Part shown: positions 20,826 through 33,522 of the stretch, in pieces
Layout: each line of letters opens with the position of its first letter
How positions within the stretch are numbered: the stretch's first letter is position 1
NCBI RefSeq assembly: GCF_902459465.1
Contig: NC_047067.1
Location: forward strand, 17,856,001-17,920,000
DNA: 64,000 nucleotides
Direction: 5' to 3'
From: Asterias rubens
Lineage: Eukaryota
Position numbers and translations under genes: made by a program
The notes under the pieces: generated by a model
The model's input: only the letters and a program-made list of their open reading frames with translations
What the model was told of the DNA's origin: nothing
The model's database searches: none

Positions 20826-22011
20826 TTTTGAAAGGAAAGTGATGTCGTTGTGTTTGATTTATTTCATCTTTGCTTCTGTTAGTCTTGTGGAATTTCCTGC
20901 ATGTGTGTTCAAAGTTTAAAGTAAACAAAAAACCATATGAATATCTACATTTTTATGTGCCAATATATAGCATAGGAAGACGCCTTTTATAGCAAAACGA
21001 TGTTATTCAAGTCCATTACGTAGGCCTACATAAATACTATAGAAGTGACATAGAACCAAACATGACTGTCAATTTTGTTAAGTTATTGTTGCACCTCCGG
21101 GTGTACAATGTCTCTTCAAGTAAGAAAGGCAGTGGGCAGGGAATTGTCAATCTCTCAGCACGTGTTTCGATCCACTGATCATCCCGTCTTACAATGCAAC
21201 ATAAAGTGGGATTGAAACTTCAAGGGTGGAATTAAATCTTGTTGTATAAAAGGCGGCCACAGATACAGTCTTTAAGACATTTGTTTGCTGTTTACAACAA
21301 TAGGATTCGTGTTGTTTACAACATTAAAAAATCGTGTCGTTAAAACCAGAATATAGAGTGTCAAACAAACACTTCTTCTGTCTCCTTTTGTAGTGTCGTA
21401 TAAATTGCTTCGCAACCAATCGTTTATTTGGGGATACGGCAAATCTCAACAACTCTTCAAAAAGACCCGCCAAAAAAAGAGCATCCGTTGCTTTTATGGT
21501 GGCCCAATCTTCAACAACAGCGACCGGTGGAGATTAGCATACCAAACTACTTGATTTATCAGATTAGAAATGTGGAGAGATTTGAGTTGTTAGGTGATCT
21601 CTCAAAATAACATTTTCCAAGACAAGGGCTGAAAAGCCGCGACAAAACATTCACATGTTGATCAAACCTCAGGCATTTTAGGAAACAAGCGGCTTAAGTG
21701 AACACAAAGGGTGTCTTATAAAGGTAGAGTTTTAATCTTGTAATGAATAAAACGTTTCAGTACCAAAGTGTCTAGTATTTACAGGTGTTTTACATTCAAA
21801 CTTATTTCTTGCTTTGACTTCAGTTACCAAGACAAACATTGGGCAACAATTAATTTAAATGGGATTAGTTGGTTTTGAGATGCTGTTCATCCATGGGATT
21901 AGAACCTGATGTTTTTCCCAAACTGTCGGGTATGTTATCAAAGTCCTTCTTGTGTGTTTTATTTTTGTATAGATAGTTTCATCTTTTAAAGTTTTGGGAT
22001 TGTGAAGAGAA

Positions 22012-22122
22012 AACAACAACAACAACAACAACAAACATCCAACCCCCCAAAACAACCACCGACCATCAACCAACCCACCAACCAACCAGCCCACCGACCA
22101 ACCAATTAACCAACCAACCAAT
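22012..22122. repeat. (AAC)n/(ACCA)n compound microsatellite
   Basis: Direct reading. Confidence 0.85.
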
Positions 22123-22418
22123 TATTAAAAAAAACGCTTTTCTCCCCACATAACTCGTTAGTCAAAAAAAATATCAACGGAAAATATAATTCGTTCAAAA
22201 TAACGTTAGATTTGTGTTTTCTACAATTATTAATAAAATACTTCACTTCTATAGTGAATAGGCGCCATACCAAATCTTATAATGTTTTGCCTATTCGCGC
22301 ATCCATGCAACATCGATAGAAAAATGTGGTTCTTAGGGAAAACCTGAGGGGGTGCTGAATTAGGGACATAGTCATGATCTACACGTATTCTTAAGGACAC
22401 GATCTACTCGTTACTCAC

Positions 22419-22699
22419 CAGTCGACCAGCCTCATTATTATGCAACGTAATGAGCGTCTTGACGTCACTTCTTCTCCGTATTTGTGTGTCCATGAACTCT
22501 TTAGACTTGGTATAGCCAAACTCAATGTTGTCACCACAACCACCCCATTCCCAAGACCCATCAGGCCCGGGGCTGTCGCTGGATTTAGTGCTCTCTGCAC
22601 ACCCACATTGGAGTAGATCACCCAGGCTACATGCCTGGGTGACGGTGAACGCGACGCCCGACGTCGTGATAGCGTTGGCAAGCGCCGTCTCTGGCGTAT
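22419..22699 (-). CDS. WNT6: Wnt6 exon 3
   Basis: ctgtag|AT ACG CCA GAG...GGT CGA CTG|gtgagt; (D)TPETALANAITTSGVAFTVTQACSLGDLLQCGC...WEWGGCGDN...LHNNEAGRL; 281 nt, phase 1-0. Confidence 0.95.
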
Positions 22700-24663
22700 C
22701 TACAGTCCAACATGAAATCAAAACATAATAATACAATTATTTTGAATACATTGCATCATGTGGTCCTTACCACCTGAATGGTAGAAAGAGATATCAAACA
22801 TCAAGAATGTGTTTATACATTGTAAAATTGTTCATATTTGTCGGTACATTCCAGTAAAAGGCATTAATTAATGAGCTAACAACTCTTTGAGATAATTCAT
22901 GAAATTACAAATTGCTGAAAATACGAACATCAATATCATCACTGTTACAGCGCCCTCTGTCTCTACACTATCTCAGGTTATACTTGTTACTACCTATAGA
23001 TACAGTGACTTTAGTTTCGAAACAGAAAGACAAATACATACTGGGGTATTTCTTATAGATACTATGCAAGTTGTACAGTTTGAAACGAAACGTCCATAAA
23101 TTATATTTGGCAGTCCTCATTTACCAAACATGGTACTTTTAGAGGAAGCGTCTTCTATAAGATGAAGCATCTTCTGGCTTATATAATGATGAGCATCATT
23201 ATTGTTTCATTTCATGAAGTCACTTAGGACCAAATGTGTACCCCCCCCCCCACTTCAAGCCAAATACCCCTGCCCACCACCACCACCTCGTTCCCATTCC
23301 ATCCCCATCGCTCCACCCCGTCGAAATCTTCTTCACCTTATTGGACAATGTGAAACTAGGACATTATGACGTACATTCTAACAGGAAGCAATCTCTAAAC
23401 ACGTCAAATACCAGACACATCCAACAAACCATAATGGTTTGACACTCATTTCTGACGCTGAAAAAAGGTTAAGTAGTAATAGCGGTTATGTTTAAAACAA
23501 ACTGAAAAATGAAGGTTACGAGTTTACACCGAAGACGGGTAGTGACCCATGTCAGGACAAACATTGAGGGGGGAGGAAGGCATATTTCCCCGAGCGACAA
23601 GGCTGTGTGTCACCCGGAAAACTGGGCGTCGAAAGACGAGGAACACCACCGCATTACCCGATATGAAATTGCTACGGTTCATAAGAGAATGTTCACTCCG
23701 GGAATTTTGTTCTTATTAAGCATGTCATTGCTGGGTTGGTGGTCCGGCTGTAATGTATGATTTACGGCAGGGTTATTGGTGTCGCTCCGCTGCTGTCTAG
23801 CCGGTCATTGTCATTTGGGTTATTAGGGAAACAACTCAATCGTGAAAGTGGTGTATGAACACTAAGGGAGGGGGTATCGGTAATGACGCACAGGAATGCT
23901 TTAGTCTACCAACGACGCTTAAAAACACATGACGTCATGTCGTTCCTCCTACAGCGCCCTCTGCCAAAAAAAGTGAATCAAATTAGTTTTCAAGAAAATG
24001 CGCCAACGACTAAAACGATTAAATTTAAGTCGCAAAAGCTTGCAGTCATGTATGTGCAATTAATTTTACCAAGTGGTTTTGTGTGTGTCTGTGCTGCGTA
24101 AAAACGTTGGGGGAAACTCAGCGCCTTTCACCGAGCCTCCCTGCCGTTCTTCAGCCACAAACTGACGGCGCGTGCCACGTCAGATTCCCATCCTTCATCG
24201 TGATATTATACACACCATAAATTATACACACATATTACAGTCTAAGACATATCGCAACCCAATTCGCAAAATGTCCGAATTTATATTATGTGCATTATCA
24301 GTCGGTCGTGAAATAAATAAACAAATAACTGCTAGGGACGGACGCCAGTAGACCCGGACCCGGGGTTTGGATGCTCGAGCGAGCTCCAGTCGATGACACA
24401 CCGCCCAGGTTTCTAGGTCACGACTCGGTGAGTGCCGTGGTGTTATAATGCTGGTTGGGATCACCGCGGGAGGACATGTAGTTGGATAGTGTAGCATAAA
24501 ATCGCCCGAGGATGTAGATTTAAGATTTGAACTTGGGACGACCTACATGTACTTTTTGTTTCCTTCTTGTAAAATCTAATGCTATCATAAGAAAGGTCGT
24601 TTACTGTTGAAACATAGTAAGGAACTGTGTGGAAACTGGTTATATGCCTACTTTAATGCCCAG

Positions 24664-24974
24664 CCGCCGAATTCACCAAACTCTTCCTAACTTGGGATTA
24701 ATCTTAGAACTTAGGACGAGTTAAATTTTGTATCCATAGACGTTTAGGACGCATTGAACCCATCCTAAGTTTAGGACGAGTTAGATAGGAATCCTATAGC
24801 GTTTTGTGAAATCGGCTGCTGATTTCACAAAGAGTTAAGATTGATCGTAACTGTGAATCACTCTTAATTTCTGATTTCTAAGTGTGATGTCACAATGATG
24901 TCACAATATAAACCACTATGGTGATACTGACAGCCCATCCTCAGACGAACCTTAGTGCTTTGTGAAATCGAGCC
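24664..24974. mobile_element. Two abutting Harbinger-type MITEs
   Basis: cag|CCGCCGAATTCACC...GTGAAATCGGCTG joined to CTGATTTCACAAAG...GTGAAATCGAGCC|ctg. Confidence 0.7.
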
Positions 24975-25243
24975 CTGGTAGTATTACTGCAGCTGTGCAA
25001 AGCCTTGTGAAATCCACACGAACAGTTTTCACGACGATTACTTGTTTCATAAATTTAACAATAAATTGTGACAGGCAGACAAATTGTATAGTCAAAGCAT
25101 GAACGTCAATTGCTGCGTTTAATCCCAATCTTACGCAATTACCACAGTGCAGTCGTCTAGTTCCCCATCCAATCAAAAGCCATAACCAGTAAGAGACCGG
25201 AAAGAAACCAGTCTGCAACCCTTTCGATTAAATTATACTTTAA

Positions 25244-25614
25244 CGGCACTGGACACTATTGGAAAATACTTCAAATAATTGTGAGCATACAAACTTACTT
25301 GGTAACGAGCAATGGAAAGTTGTTGATAGTTGTTGATATTGTGAGAAACAGCTCCCTCTGAAGTAACGTATAGTTGTTGAGAAAGAGGTAATTTCTCACT
25401 CAACTGATAAAGTACAGCTGAAGTCTTTTTATTCATCTGAAAGCACATACTGTAATGCAACACGGGTGATTTTTTTCTTGCATGAGTTTTCTCATCCAAA
25501 TTGAATGAGCCCAGTTGAGCCCAAATTTTCACAGGGTTATTATTTCATTCATATGTTGGGATACACCAAGTGAGAACACTGGTCTTTGACAATTACCAAA
25601 CGTGTCCAGTGCCC
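25244..25614 (-). mobile_element. K-A MITE, subfamily 2
   Basis: Shares TTAA 25615-25618 with the next copy. Confidence 0.85.
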
Positions 25615-25618
25615 TTAA

Positions 25619-25998
25619 AGACACTGGAAATTATTGGTAATTGTCAAAGGCTAGTCTGCACAGTTGGTGTATCTCAACAAATGCATAACATAACAAACCT
25701 GTGAAAATTTGAGCTCAATCGGTCGCAGTTGCGAGATATTAATGAAAGAAAAAACACCCTTGTCGCACCATGGTCACACGAAGTTGTGTGCTTTCAGATG
25801 CTTGATTTCGAGACCTCAAATTCTAAATCTGAGGTCTCGAAATCAAATTCGTGGAAAATTACTTCTTTCTCGAAAACTACGTCACTTCAGAGGGAGCCGT
25901 TTCTCACAATGTTTTATACCATCAACCTCTCCCCATTACTCAAGAAAGATTTTATGCTAATAATTATTTTGAGTAACTACCAATAGTGTCCTGTGCCC
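25619..25998 (+). mobile_element. K-A MITE, subfamily 1
   Basis: TTAA at both ends. Confidence 0.9.
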
Positions 25999-26403
25999 TT
26001 AATGACTACAACGCAATGTCCACTTGTATACACAGGATACCACACATAATATGGCAGCAGTGTGAATGGTTTAGTTTGCAATTTTTGTTTTCAAGAAATC
26101 AGGAGGTCCGTAGCGGGTTCCCCTCTCAAAAGTAAAAGTTGCCACACGGAAAATCGCAAACGGCAACCGATCTGTAATTGCCAACAGATGATCTGGCTTG
26201 CGAATACACAACAGTCCCCGTGCAATAATCATTTCGGCGGGTCGTTATGGAGGTGGTGATATTCATGGTATGCTAGCAAGGGTCACTCACCTCATTCGTC
26301 ATATCATTGTTGGGAATAAATCACTAAAACTTGCCGTTTTGATTTTGTTTTCTTCTTCTTTTACGGAGATAAGAAAAACACCAAATATTTCTGGAGCGTT
26401 TAG

Positions 26404-26774
26404 AGGCACTGGACACCTTTGGTAATTGTCAAAGACCAGTCTTCTCACTTGGTGTATTTTAACACAAAATAACAAACCTGTGAAAATTTGAACTCAATTG
26501 GTCGTCGAAGTTGTGAGAGAATAATGGAAGAAAAAACACCCTTATCGCACAAGTTGTGTGCTTTCAGATGCTTGATTTCGAGACCTCAGCTGAGGTCTTG
26601 AAAACAATTCAAAAAAAATGGTGAGAAATTACTTGTTCCTCAAAAAACTACGTTTCTTCAGATGGAGCTGTTTCTAGCAATGTTTTCAGTATCAACAGCT
26701 CTCCATTGCTCGTTACCAAGTAAGTTTTTATACTAACAACTGTTTTGAGTAATTACCAATAGTGTCCAGTGCCT
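26404..26774 (+). mobile_element. K-A MITE, subfamily 2
   Basis: AGGCACTGGACACCTTTGG...GAGACCTCAGCTGAGGTCTT...GTGTCCAGTGCCT. Confidence 0.88.
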
Positions 26775-26999
26775 TTTAATAATAATACACGGAGTTTCGT
26801 TCAGGCCAGCTTCAAATACTGTTATTTGTTGTTTGTTCGGTTGGTTTGCTTTGTACACGGCCTTGCCTTTTCCATATTATTACCTCAATAAATATTACCA
26901 TTAAAAGACAAAGTGTACAGTATAGTGCGAGCAGCGAATGAGTCTCTCATCGTACGAAGACAAGATACCTAGCTGATTAAGAAGGAACTATTCCCTTAA

Positions 27000-27360
27000 A
27001 GACACTGGACACTATTGGTAATTGTAAAAGACTAGCCTTCACAGTTGGTGTATATCAACATATGCATACAATAACTAACCTGTGAAAATTTGAGCTCAAT
27101 CGGTCATCGAACTTGCGAGATAATAATGAATTGCAACACGAAGTTGTGTGTGTTTAGATGGTTGATTTCGAGACCTCAAGTTCTAAACTTGAGGTCTCGA
27201 AATCAAATTCGTGGAAAATTACTTCTTTCTCGAAAACTACGTCACTTCAGAGGGAGCTGTTTCTCAGACTGTTTTATACTATCAACCTCTCCCCATTACT
27301 CGTAAGTGAGGTTTTATGCTGATAATTATTTTGAGTAATTACCAATAGTGTCCACTGCCC
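27000..27360 (+). mobile_element. K-A MITE
   Basis: TTAA-flanked. Confidence 0.9.
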
Positions 27361-27606
27361 TTAAACCATAAACAAGCCCAATAGCCATAACATCCACAAT
27401 GCCAAGCGACACTGGAAGGGAAATCCGGTCATCACGTGATCACGACCTTGACAGATGTAAGGTATCGAGGACAGGATACTCTCCGGAGTATTCTGAGGGG
27501 ACTTTTAGGGTAGGCCCAACCCCTCCGGAGTGGGTAGAGGGCTAAAAGGGCCACGCGAACTGCTCTGCCCCGTAGGTGCCCCAATAAAACAATATAATAA
27601 GCTTAA

Positions 27607-28005
27607 AGGTGTACACTATTGGTAACTACTCAAAATAATTATTATTTAAAAAAAACCTTACTTGGTGGCGAGTAATGAAAAGGTTGATGGTATAAAACAT
27701 TGCGAGAAACGGCTCCCTCTAAACTGACATAGTTTTCGAGAAAAAAGTAATTTTCCACGAATTTGATTTCGAGACCTCAGATTTAGAATTTGAGGTCTCG
27801 AAACCAACCATCTAAACGCACACAACTCTGTGTGACAAGTGTGATTTTTCTTTCACTATTATCTCGCAACTTCGACGACCAATTGAGCTCAATTTTTCAC
27901 AGTTTAATCATTTTATGCATATGTTGAGATACACCAAGTGAGAAGACTGGTCTTTGACAATTACCATGGAGGTAGAAATGCAATTACCAATAGTGTTAAG
28001 TGTCT
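27607..28005 (-). mobile_element. K-A MITE
   Basis: Reverse copy with a CAATTACC-duplicating insertion near one end. Confidence 0.88.
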
Positions 28006-29011
28006 TTACAGGCTCTGACAACGAACGGGCGTGCCCTTTGCAACATGAACCTTATGGGTTCTGTGCCAATGGGTTAATCAAGCGTAATCCTGTGATACGA
28101 CCCTGAATTGCTATTATAGCCTACGATGTCGCTAGCGCACTGGGTTTCCTTTGGCGAGAAAGTTGCGTAGATCCACTACTAATATGCCGCTAGTAGGGTC
28201 TCCACCTTCTTGCAACTATGCTTTGCTCTATTGCTAAAGTTAAAGTACTTCGAGTTGTCCTACGAACTATGATAATGCGTTTTGAGATTTGTGTAAGGTT
28301 TCAACATTGCTTTTTTTTATAAAAAGGGTTTAAAAAAATGCGCTCTGAGTGTCTGTACGGTTTTTTGAAGCAACCTTTCACCAACTGAGCTAAACAACCC
28401 AACGTATCAATAAAAATGACAAATTTCAACATGTAAACAAGATTGACATGGTTGGACTATATACTCAAGACCTTGTGTATTCTTTGAACTCGTAAACCAC
28501 ATACTTTGACAACACAATTACATCGTACTGGCTAGAATGTCAAGGTTTTACAGGGTTAAATTCCCAAAAGATTCCAAATTCCATCATTGTGTTGTAAAAA
28601 ATCACACCTCAGCGGACTAGACAAATATTGTGATTTTTTTTTTTTTTTTTTTTTTAACGGGTTTTATGATTTTAGACCAGCAACGTCGGGTTGCGTTGTT
28701 TTGTTAAAGTGACTGATGCGCCATTGGTAGATTGTCAAAATATACGGTCAATTTTGTATTCTTTTCTTTTTCTTCGAAATCAATGTAATCAGAATTGGGC
28801 TGGAATGACAAAAAGTCACGGTCTGTTTGGTGTACAATGGGGATTATTGCTAATATTTGAAACTTTGTAGAAACTATTAACAAGTTTAGATGTTGGCAAA
28901 CAAGATTTGTGTATCTGTCAATTCTGTAAATCTATCTGACGGACGCGTTTTTATTTTATAAACACTTAGGTTAAAAACAAAAATGCAGAGAGTGAGAGGG
29001 AGTGAGAGGGA

Positions 29012-29160
29012 GTGAAGCCGTTGGTCCCGTGTGTTGTGTAAACGCATGTAAAAGAACCCAGTGCACTTATCGAAAAGAGAAGGGGTTCGTCCCGGTGTTC
29101 CTGGCTGGATTGGCAACATATTGCACCATAGCACCTTGTAAACCATCACATGGTGATTAA
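29012..29160 (+). mobile_element. Deu-domain SINE fragment
   Basis: GTAAAAGAACCCAGTGCACTTATCGAAAAGAGAAGGGGTTCGTCCCGGTGTTCCTGGC resembles the Deu domain shared by AmnSINE1/DeuSINEs as I recall it; not aligned computationally. Confidence 0.7.
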
Positions 29161-29240
29161 GGATTAGGTCTTATATCTCAAAAATTCGCCCCACTCCTTG
29201 CAGTACTAATACCTGGCGCTTTGTATCCTTTGGCAAAAGG

Positions 29241-29748
29241 NNNNNNNNNNNNNNNNNNNNNNNNNNNNNNNNNNNNNNNNNNNNNNNNNNNNNNNNNNNN
29301 NNNNNNNNNNNNNNNNNNNNNNNNNNNNNNNNNNNNNNNNNNNNNNNNNNNNNNNNNNNNNNNNNNNNNNNNNNNNNNNNNNNNNNNNNNNNNNNNNNNN
29401 NNNNNNNNNNNNNNNNNNNNNNNNNNNNNNNNNNNNNNNNNNNNNNNNNNNNNNNNNNNNNNNNNNNNNNNNNNNNNNNNNNNNNNNNNNNNNNNNNNNN
29501 NNNNNNNNNNNNNNNNNNNNNNNNNNNNNNNNNNNNNNNNNNNNNNNNNNNNNNNNNNNNNNNNNNNNNNNNNNNNNNNNNNNNNNNNNNNNNNNNNNNN
29601 NNNNNNNNNNNNNNNNNNNNNNNNNNNNNNNNNNNNNNNNNNNNNNNNNNNNNNNNNNNNNNNNNNNNNNNNNNNNNNNNNNNNNNNNNNNNNNNNNNNN
29701 NNNNNNNNNNNNNNNNNNNNNNNNNNNNNNNNNNNNNNNNNNNNNNNN
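29241..29748. other. Assembly gap (508 N)
   Basis: Run of n in Wnt6 intron 2. Confidence 1.
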
Positions 29749-31053
29749 TTTGCCAAAATCTGGTTTCTTTCCGTTCGCAGTTATTTTTGTTTACCGATGA
29801 TGGTAACAGCTCCTTTAAGCCAGTCTAAAGGGTTATGGTTTTGAGTACACTCCCTCCCTCTCACTCTCTGTCTGCCTTGAACTTATAAGGACCCCAAGGT
29901 CTCCGGGAAAATGACGAAAATTCCTGAGTAATTTTCCCGAAATTAGGAAACAGTGGGTCGTAGCGGCACGATGTGGTACTTTAAGCACGCTTTGCTCCCG
30001 GGCAAATTTGCAACTGTTACAGGGTTGAAGGACATTGTAGACAGAAAAATATGCAATACAAATAAAGGTTTGTTTGGTTATTTCGACAAGTGTCCGTTTG
30101 GTGTGGGTTTTGTTGTAGTAATAACTTTGTTTAGATGTGTGGATTTTTTCTTCTTTTTATTTCATCGTGGACAAGCAACTTATCAATAGAAATGTGTTAC
30201 TTTTTTAAACAACAAATCAAAGTGAAAGTTTGTCAATGTAGTACACAATACATGTACATCTTTAATAATAATAGGGAAGACTTCGTGTATTTATTTTTTC
30301 AGACCAAATTAATCAAATCATCGGAACATTTTCTGGTTTCTATATGTGAAAAAGCGAACGTACATAATTTCATTTTAAGTCGTCCGATCTATCCACTTAT
30401 TCAAACAAAAAACCAACAGCAATTTATAATAATATAAACGTTATTTATTTATTTATTGCTCAGCTAATTTTTCGTTTTCGTTCGTTTTTTTTCCCTACTT
30501 TGTTTTCTTTTGTCATTTTCTCAGTAAGTATCTTTGCTCTGTAGACTTTGGAATTGTTAAGGCATATCATTGATACTATGGATGCAATATCGGCGTGTAG
30601 CTTTAATAGTTTTTGTTCGACAGTTTTGCGTCTTTCTTTCTTTTGAAAACAGACGTTGATATTTATTTGAACAGTACTGACACTGATATTGTGGAAATAA
30701 ACATCAATTTTTTCAAAAGGGTAAACCACACAATCTATTTTGTGTCGGCTCTAAAACCATTAGACGCTCTCGTCGCTTTGAAAGTTGTGTGTGTTATGGT
30801 CTCCATCTATGGTTTAAGAATATTCAGGATATGAAGAACAAAATAATTTTATGTATACGAAGACAGTCGACAAAAGAGAGCTATCTTGATGTTTGGTCGT
30901 ATGTCAGATGTTTGTCGGTGTGTTTGTATATCGGGCAAGAAGGAATTCCTTATGGTTTTGTGTATTGTTTTATATTAGGGCGTCTGTATTATGCTCACTT
31001 AAATGAAATACTTCAGGAAAAATAAACAAGTATTTATATATCAATTTAAGTAA

Positions 31054-31310
31054 TAAACCACGAGGAAAAAACTGACTGGGTAATTTTACTTAATTTGGGG
31101 TTGAACAAAGGACAAATTATTACAGAGGGAAATTGAACATACAAGACAGTTTCAGGTCGAATGGCTTCTGACTGGCACCCGAACAAAGATATTGACAAAT
31201 AGGGAGACCGCAAACATAGGGCGCCGGCATATTAATCCAGAGGTCGGAGGTTCAAGTTCCACTTTGGTTAATTCAACCCCAATTTACATAAAAATGCAAT
31301 TTACAAGAAC
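31054..31310. mobile_element. Two head-to-head fragments of a tRNA-like repeat (family also at 41245-41432)
   Basis: AATAAACCAC..GACTGGG..AATTTGGG shared with 41245; GGAGGTTCAAGTTCC B-box-like segment on +. Confidence 0.55.
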
Positions 31311-31327
31311 GAACAAAAACGTAAAAA

Positions 31328-31600
31328 CTCCCGCTCTTCCTCAGAGATCCTCTTGGCTGAACATCGCACCGTCTCTAAAGCTGGTTGACAAGCATTTTTT
31401 GCTGCTGCTTCCAATCTATGGAACTCATTGCCATCACATCTTCGCCGTGCAACTTCACTTCGACAATTAAAAAAAACTACTAAAGACTCACATAAATACT
31501 TTTTAAAATAATTACAATTTCACTCTACATTGGAACATCTTTGTAGCATCTTCTGTGGGCGCTTTGTAACCTTGGGGAAAAGGCGCCTCATAATAACAAT
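31328..31600 (+). mobile_element. L2/CR1-group LINE 3' remnant
   Basis: Frameshifted RSSSEILLAEHRTVSKAG/DKHF/AAASNLWNSLPSHLRRATSLRQLKK/LLKTH matches the L2 ORF2 C-terminal pattern (LRSS..LL....GDRAFS.AAP.LWNSLP..FK..LKTH), followed by a GCGCTTTG..GAAAAGGCGC tail. Confidence 0.8.
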
Positions 31601-31683
31601 TGCTGATGTGTAATGTAGTAATTATAATATGTGAGATCCAAATGGAGTGACATTATCGGATAATTTAGGATTAATATGCCTAC

Positions 31684-31913
31684 CTTGTTTGAGAATCTTG
31701 ACAAATGAGTTGCCGACCATGGTGCAGTTCCATCGATGGTATCTTAGCTGGAACTGGCACTCCTTCATCGCCAACTTGGTACCTTTCACAACCTCATCCA
31801 CGATCTCAGGCTCCCTCCGACAGATGTCATGCTGTTTGTTGCCGCTACCCCGGAGCTTGCGCGATCGCCGGCAGATGCTGTTGGGGTCGAGGTTGAGGGG
31901 ACTTCCCACAGCC
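31684..31913 (-). CDS. WNT6: Wnt6 exon 2
   Basis: tttag|G GCT GTG GGA...AAA CAA G|gtaggc; AVGSPLNLDPNSICRRSRKLRGSGNKQHDICRREPEIVDEVVKGTKLAMKECQFQLRYHRWNCTMVGNSFVKILKQ; AVGSPL..DP.SICR is Wnt6-diagnostic. Confidence 0.95.
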
Positions 31914-32034
31914 CTAAATAAAGAATATAATAAGACATTGACTGCGATAGCTGTTCTATAAATGAACAAAGTATGTTGGTCTTTGTCCTATGACAAAACT
32001 GAAAAACACATATTTTAGGATAGGTCATCTTTAA

Positions 32035-32417
32035 AGGAACACGTTGCCTTGGATCGGACGAGTTGGTCTATAAAAAAGCGTTTGAAACCGTTTGTTATGA
32101 AATGTATATGATTGGAAAGATGTTTTAAAAGTTGAATATAATAATCCACACAAGTATCACTCAAAATTGCACGGTTTTCATTTTACGTCGTGAATTAACA
32201 CGGTCGGCCATTTATGGGAGTCAACTTTTTGACTCCCATAAATGGCCGACCGTGTTAGTCGACGAGGTAAAACGAAAACCACGCAATTTTGAGGCATATT
32301 TGTGCAGATCATTGTATTCTACTTTTACAACATCTTTCTAACCATATCAATTTTATAACAAACAGTTACAAACGCTTTTCAAAGACCAACTCGACCGATC
32401 CAGGGCAAACTGATCTT
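32035..32417. mobile_element. Fold-back Kolobok-type MITE (family K-B), whole-length palindrome
   Basis: ttaa|AGGAACACGTTGCCTTGGATCGG...CCGATCCAGGGCAAACTGATCT|ttaa; perfect 29-bp central stem at 32196-32257. Confidence 0.9.
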
Positions 32418-32455
32418 TTAAGGATTGTCTCTGTCCTTAATCATTGTACAGTTAA

Positions 32456-32830
32456 AGACAGTGGACACTATTGGTAATTGTCAAAGACCAGTCTTCTCAC
32501 TCCGTGTATATCAACATATGCATACAATAACAAACTTTTGAAAATTTGAGCTCATGGTCGAAGTTACGAGATAATAATGAAAGAAAAAACATCCTTGTCA
32601 CACGAAGTTGTGTGCTTTCAGATGCTTGAATTCGAGACCTCAATTTCTAAATATGAGGTCTCGAAATCAAATTCGTGGAAAAAATTACTTCTTTCTCGCA
32701 AACTACGTTACTTCAGAGGGAGCCATTTCTCACAATGTTTTATACTACCAACCTCTCCCCATTACTCGTCACCAAGTAAGGTTTTATGCTAATAATTATT
32801 TTGAGTAATTACCAATAGTGTCCACTGCCT
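32456..32830 (+). mobile_element. K-A MITE
   Basis: TTAA-flanked. Confidence 0.9.
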
Positions 32831-33522
32831 TTAAGTATCATTGCAAAAGGAGTACGACACACTGAATTCAACATTAATTGTGTGCATTGCATTGGAGATA
32901 AAATGTACTTGATGATTTTTTATTCTCATATACACATAGCTCTGGAAAAGTCAGGCTGGTCACAAAGAACACCCAACAACAACTTGCCCGTATAAACTAA
33001 TACATTTCTGTCCTATAATGTGTATCTTTTTGCCAAACTCTCTCCTTTTTCTTTCCTTCGAAAAGTACAACACCATTCACATACTCTTGAATCCATTCCT
33101 CAGCCAAACAAACATCGAGAGTGCTGAGGGGAATTCAGTAGTGGACTTTTCTGAGTCATGTGCTCTTTTTATTTTAATTTCGTTTCCTTTTTTGGTCTTA
33201 ATCTCACGAGCCCCCTCTCGATAGACATGAAACGTCTCACCTCGTTGGTGAGCCATTTACCACAAGGGTTTGTAAAATAAGCGGATTGCGTAACTTATAA
33301 AAAAATGGAAAAAAACATGGTATTCCTATCAAGTATTAAAATTGGACATTACCGCTGGCTCTGGAGGGAGTATGGTTTTCATGTAAAAGTCTTCATAAAT
33401 CATCATCGGGGATGTAGTATCATAAAATATAAACCAATTTCGGCAGTAGATGTGAAAGAACGTCCTTCACAAAAGGCATGCCGTCTGGGTTTTACTTGTT
33501 GCCAAAATGTTGTCAGCCACAA

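Noticed and set aside
29178-29844. 192-aa and 207-aa poly-X ORFs
   Set aside because: Artefact of the N gap.
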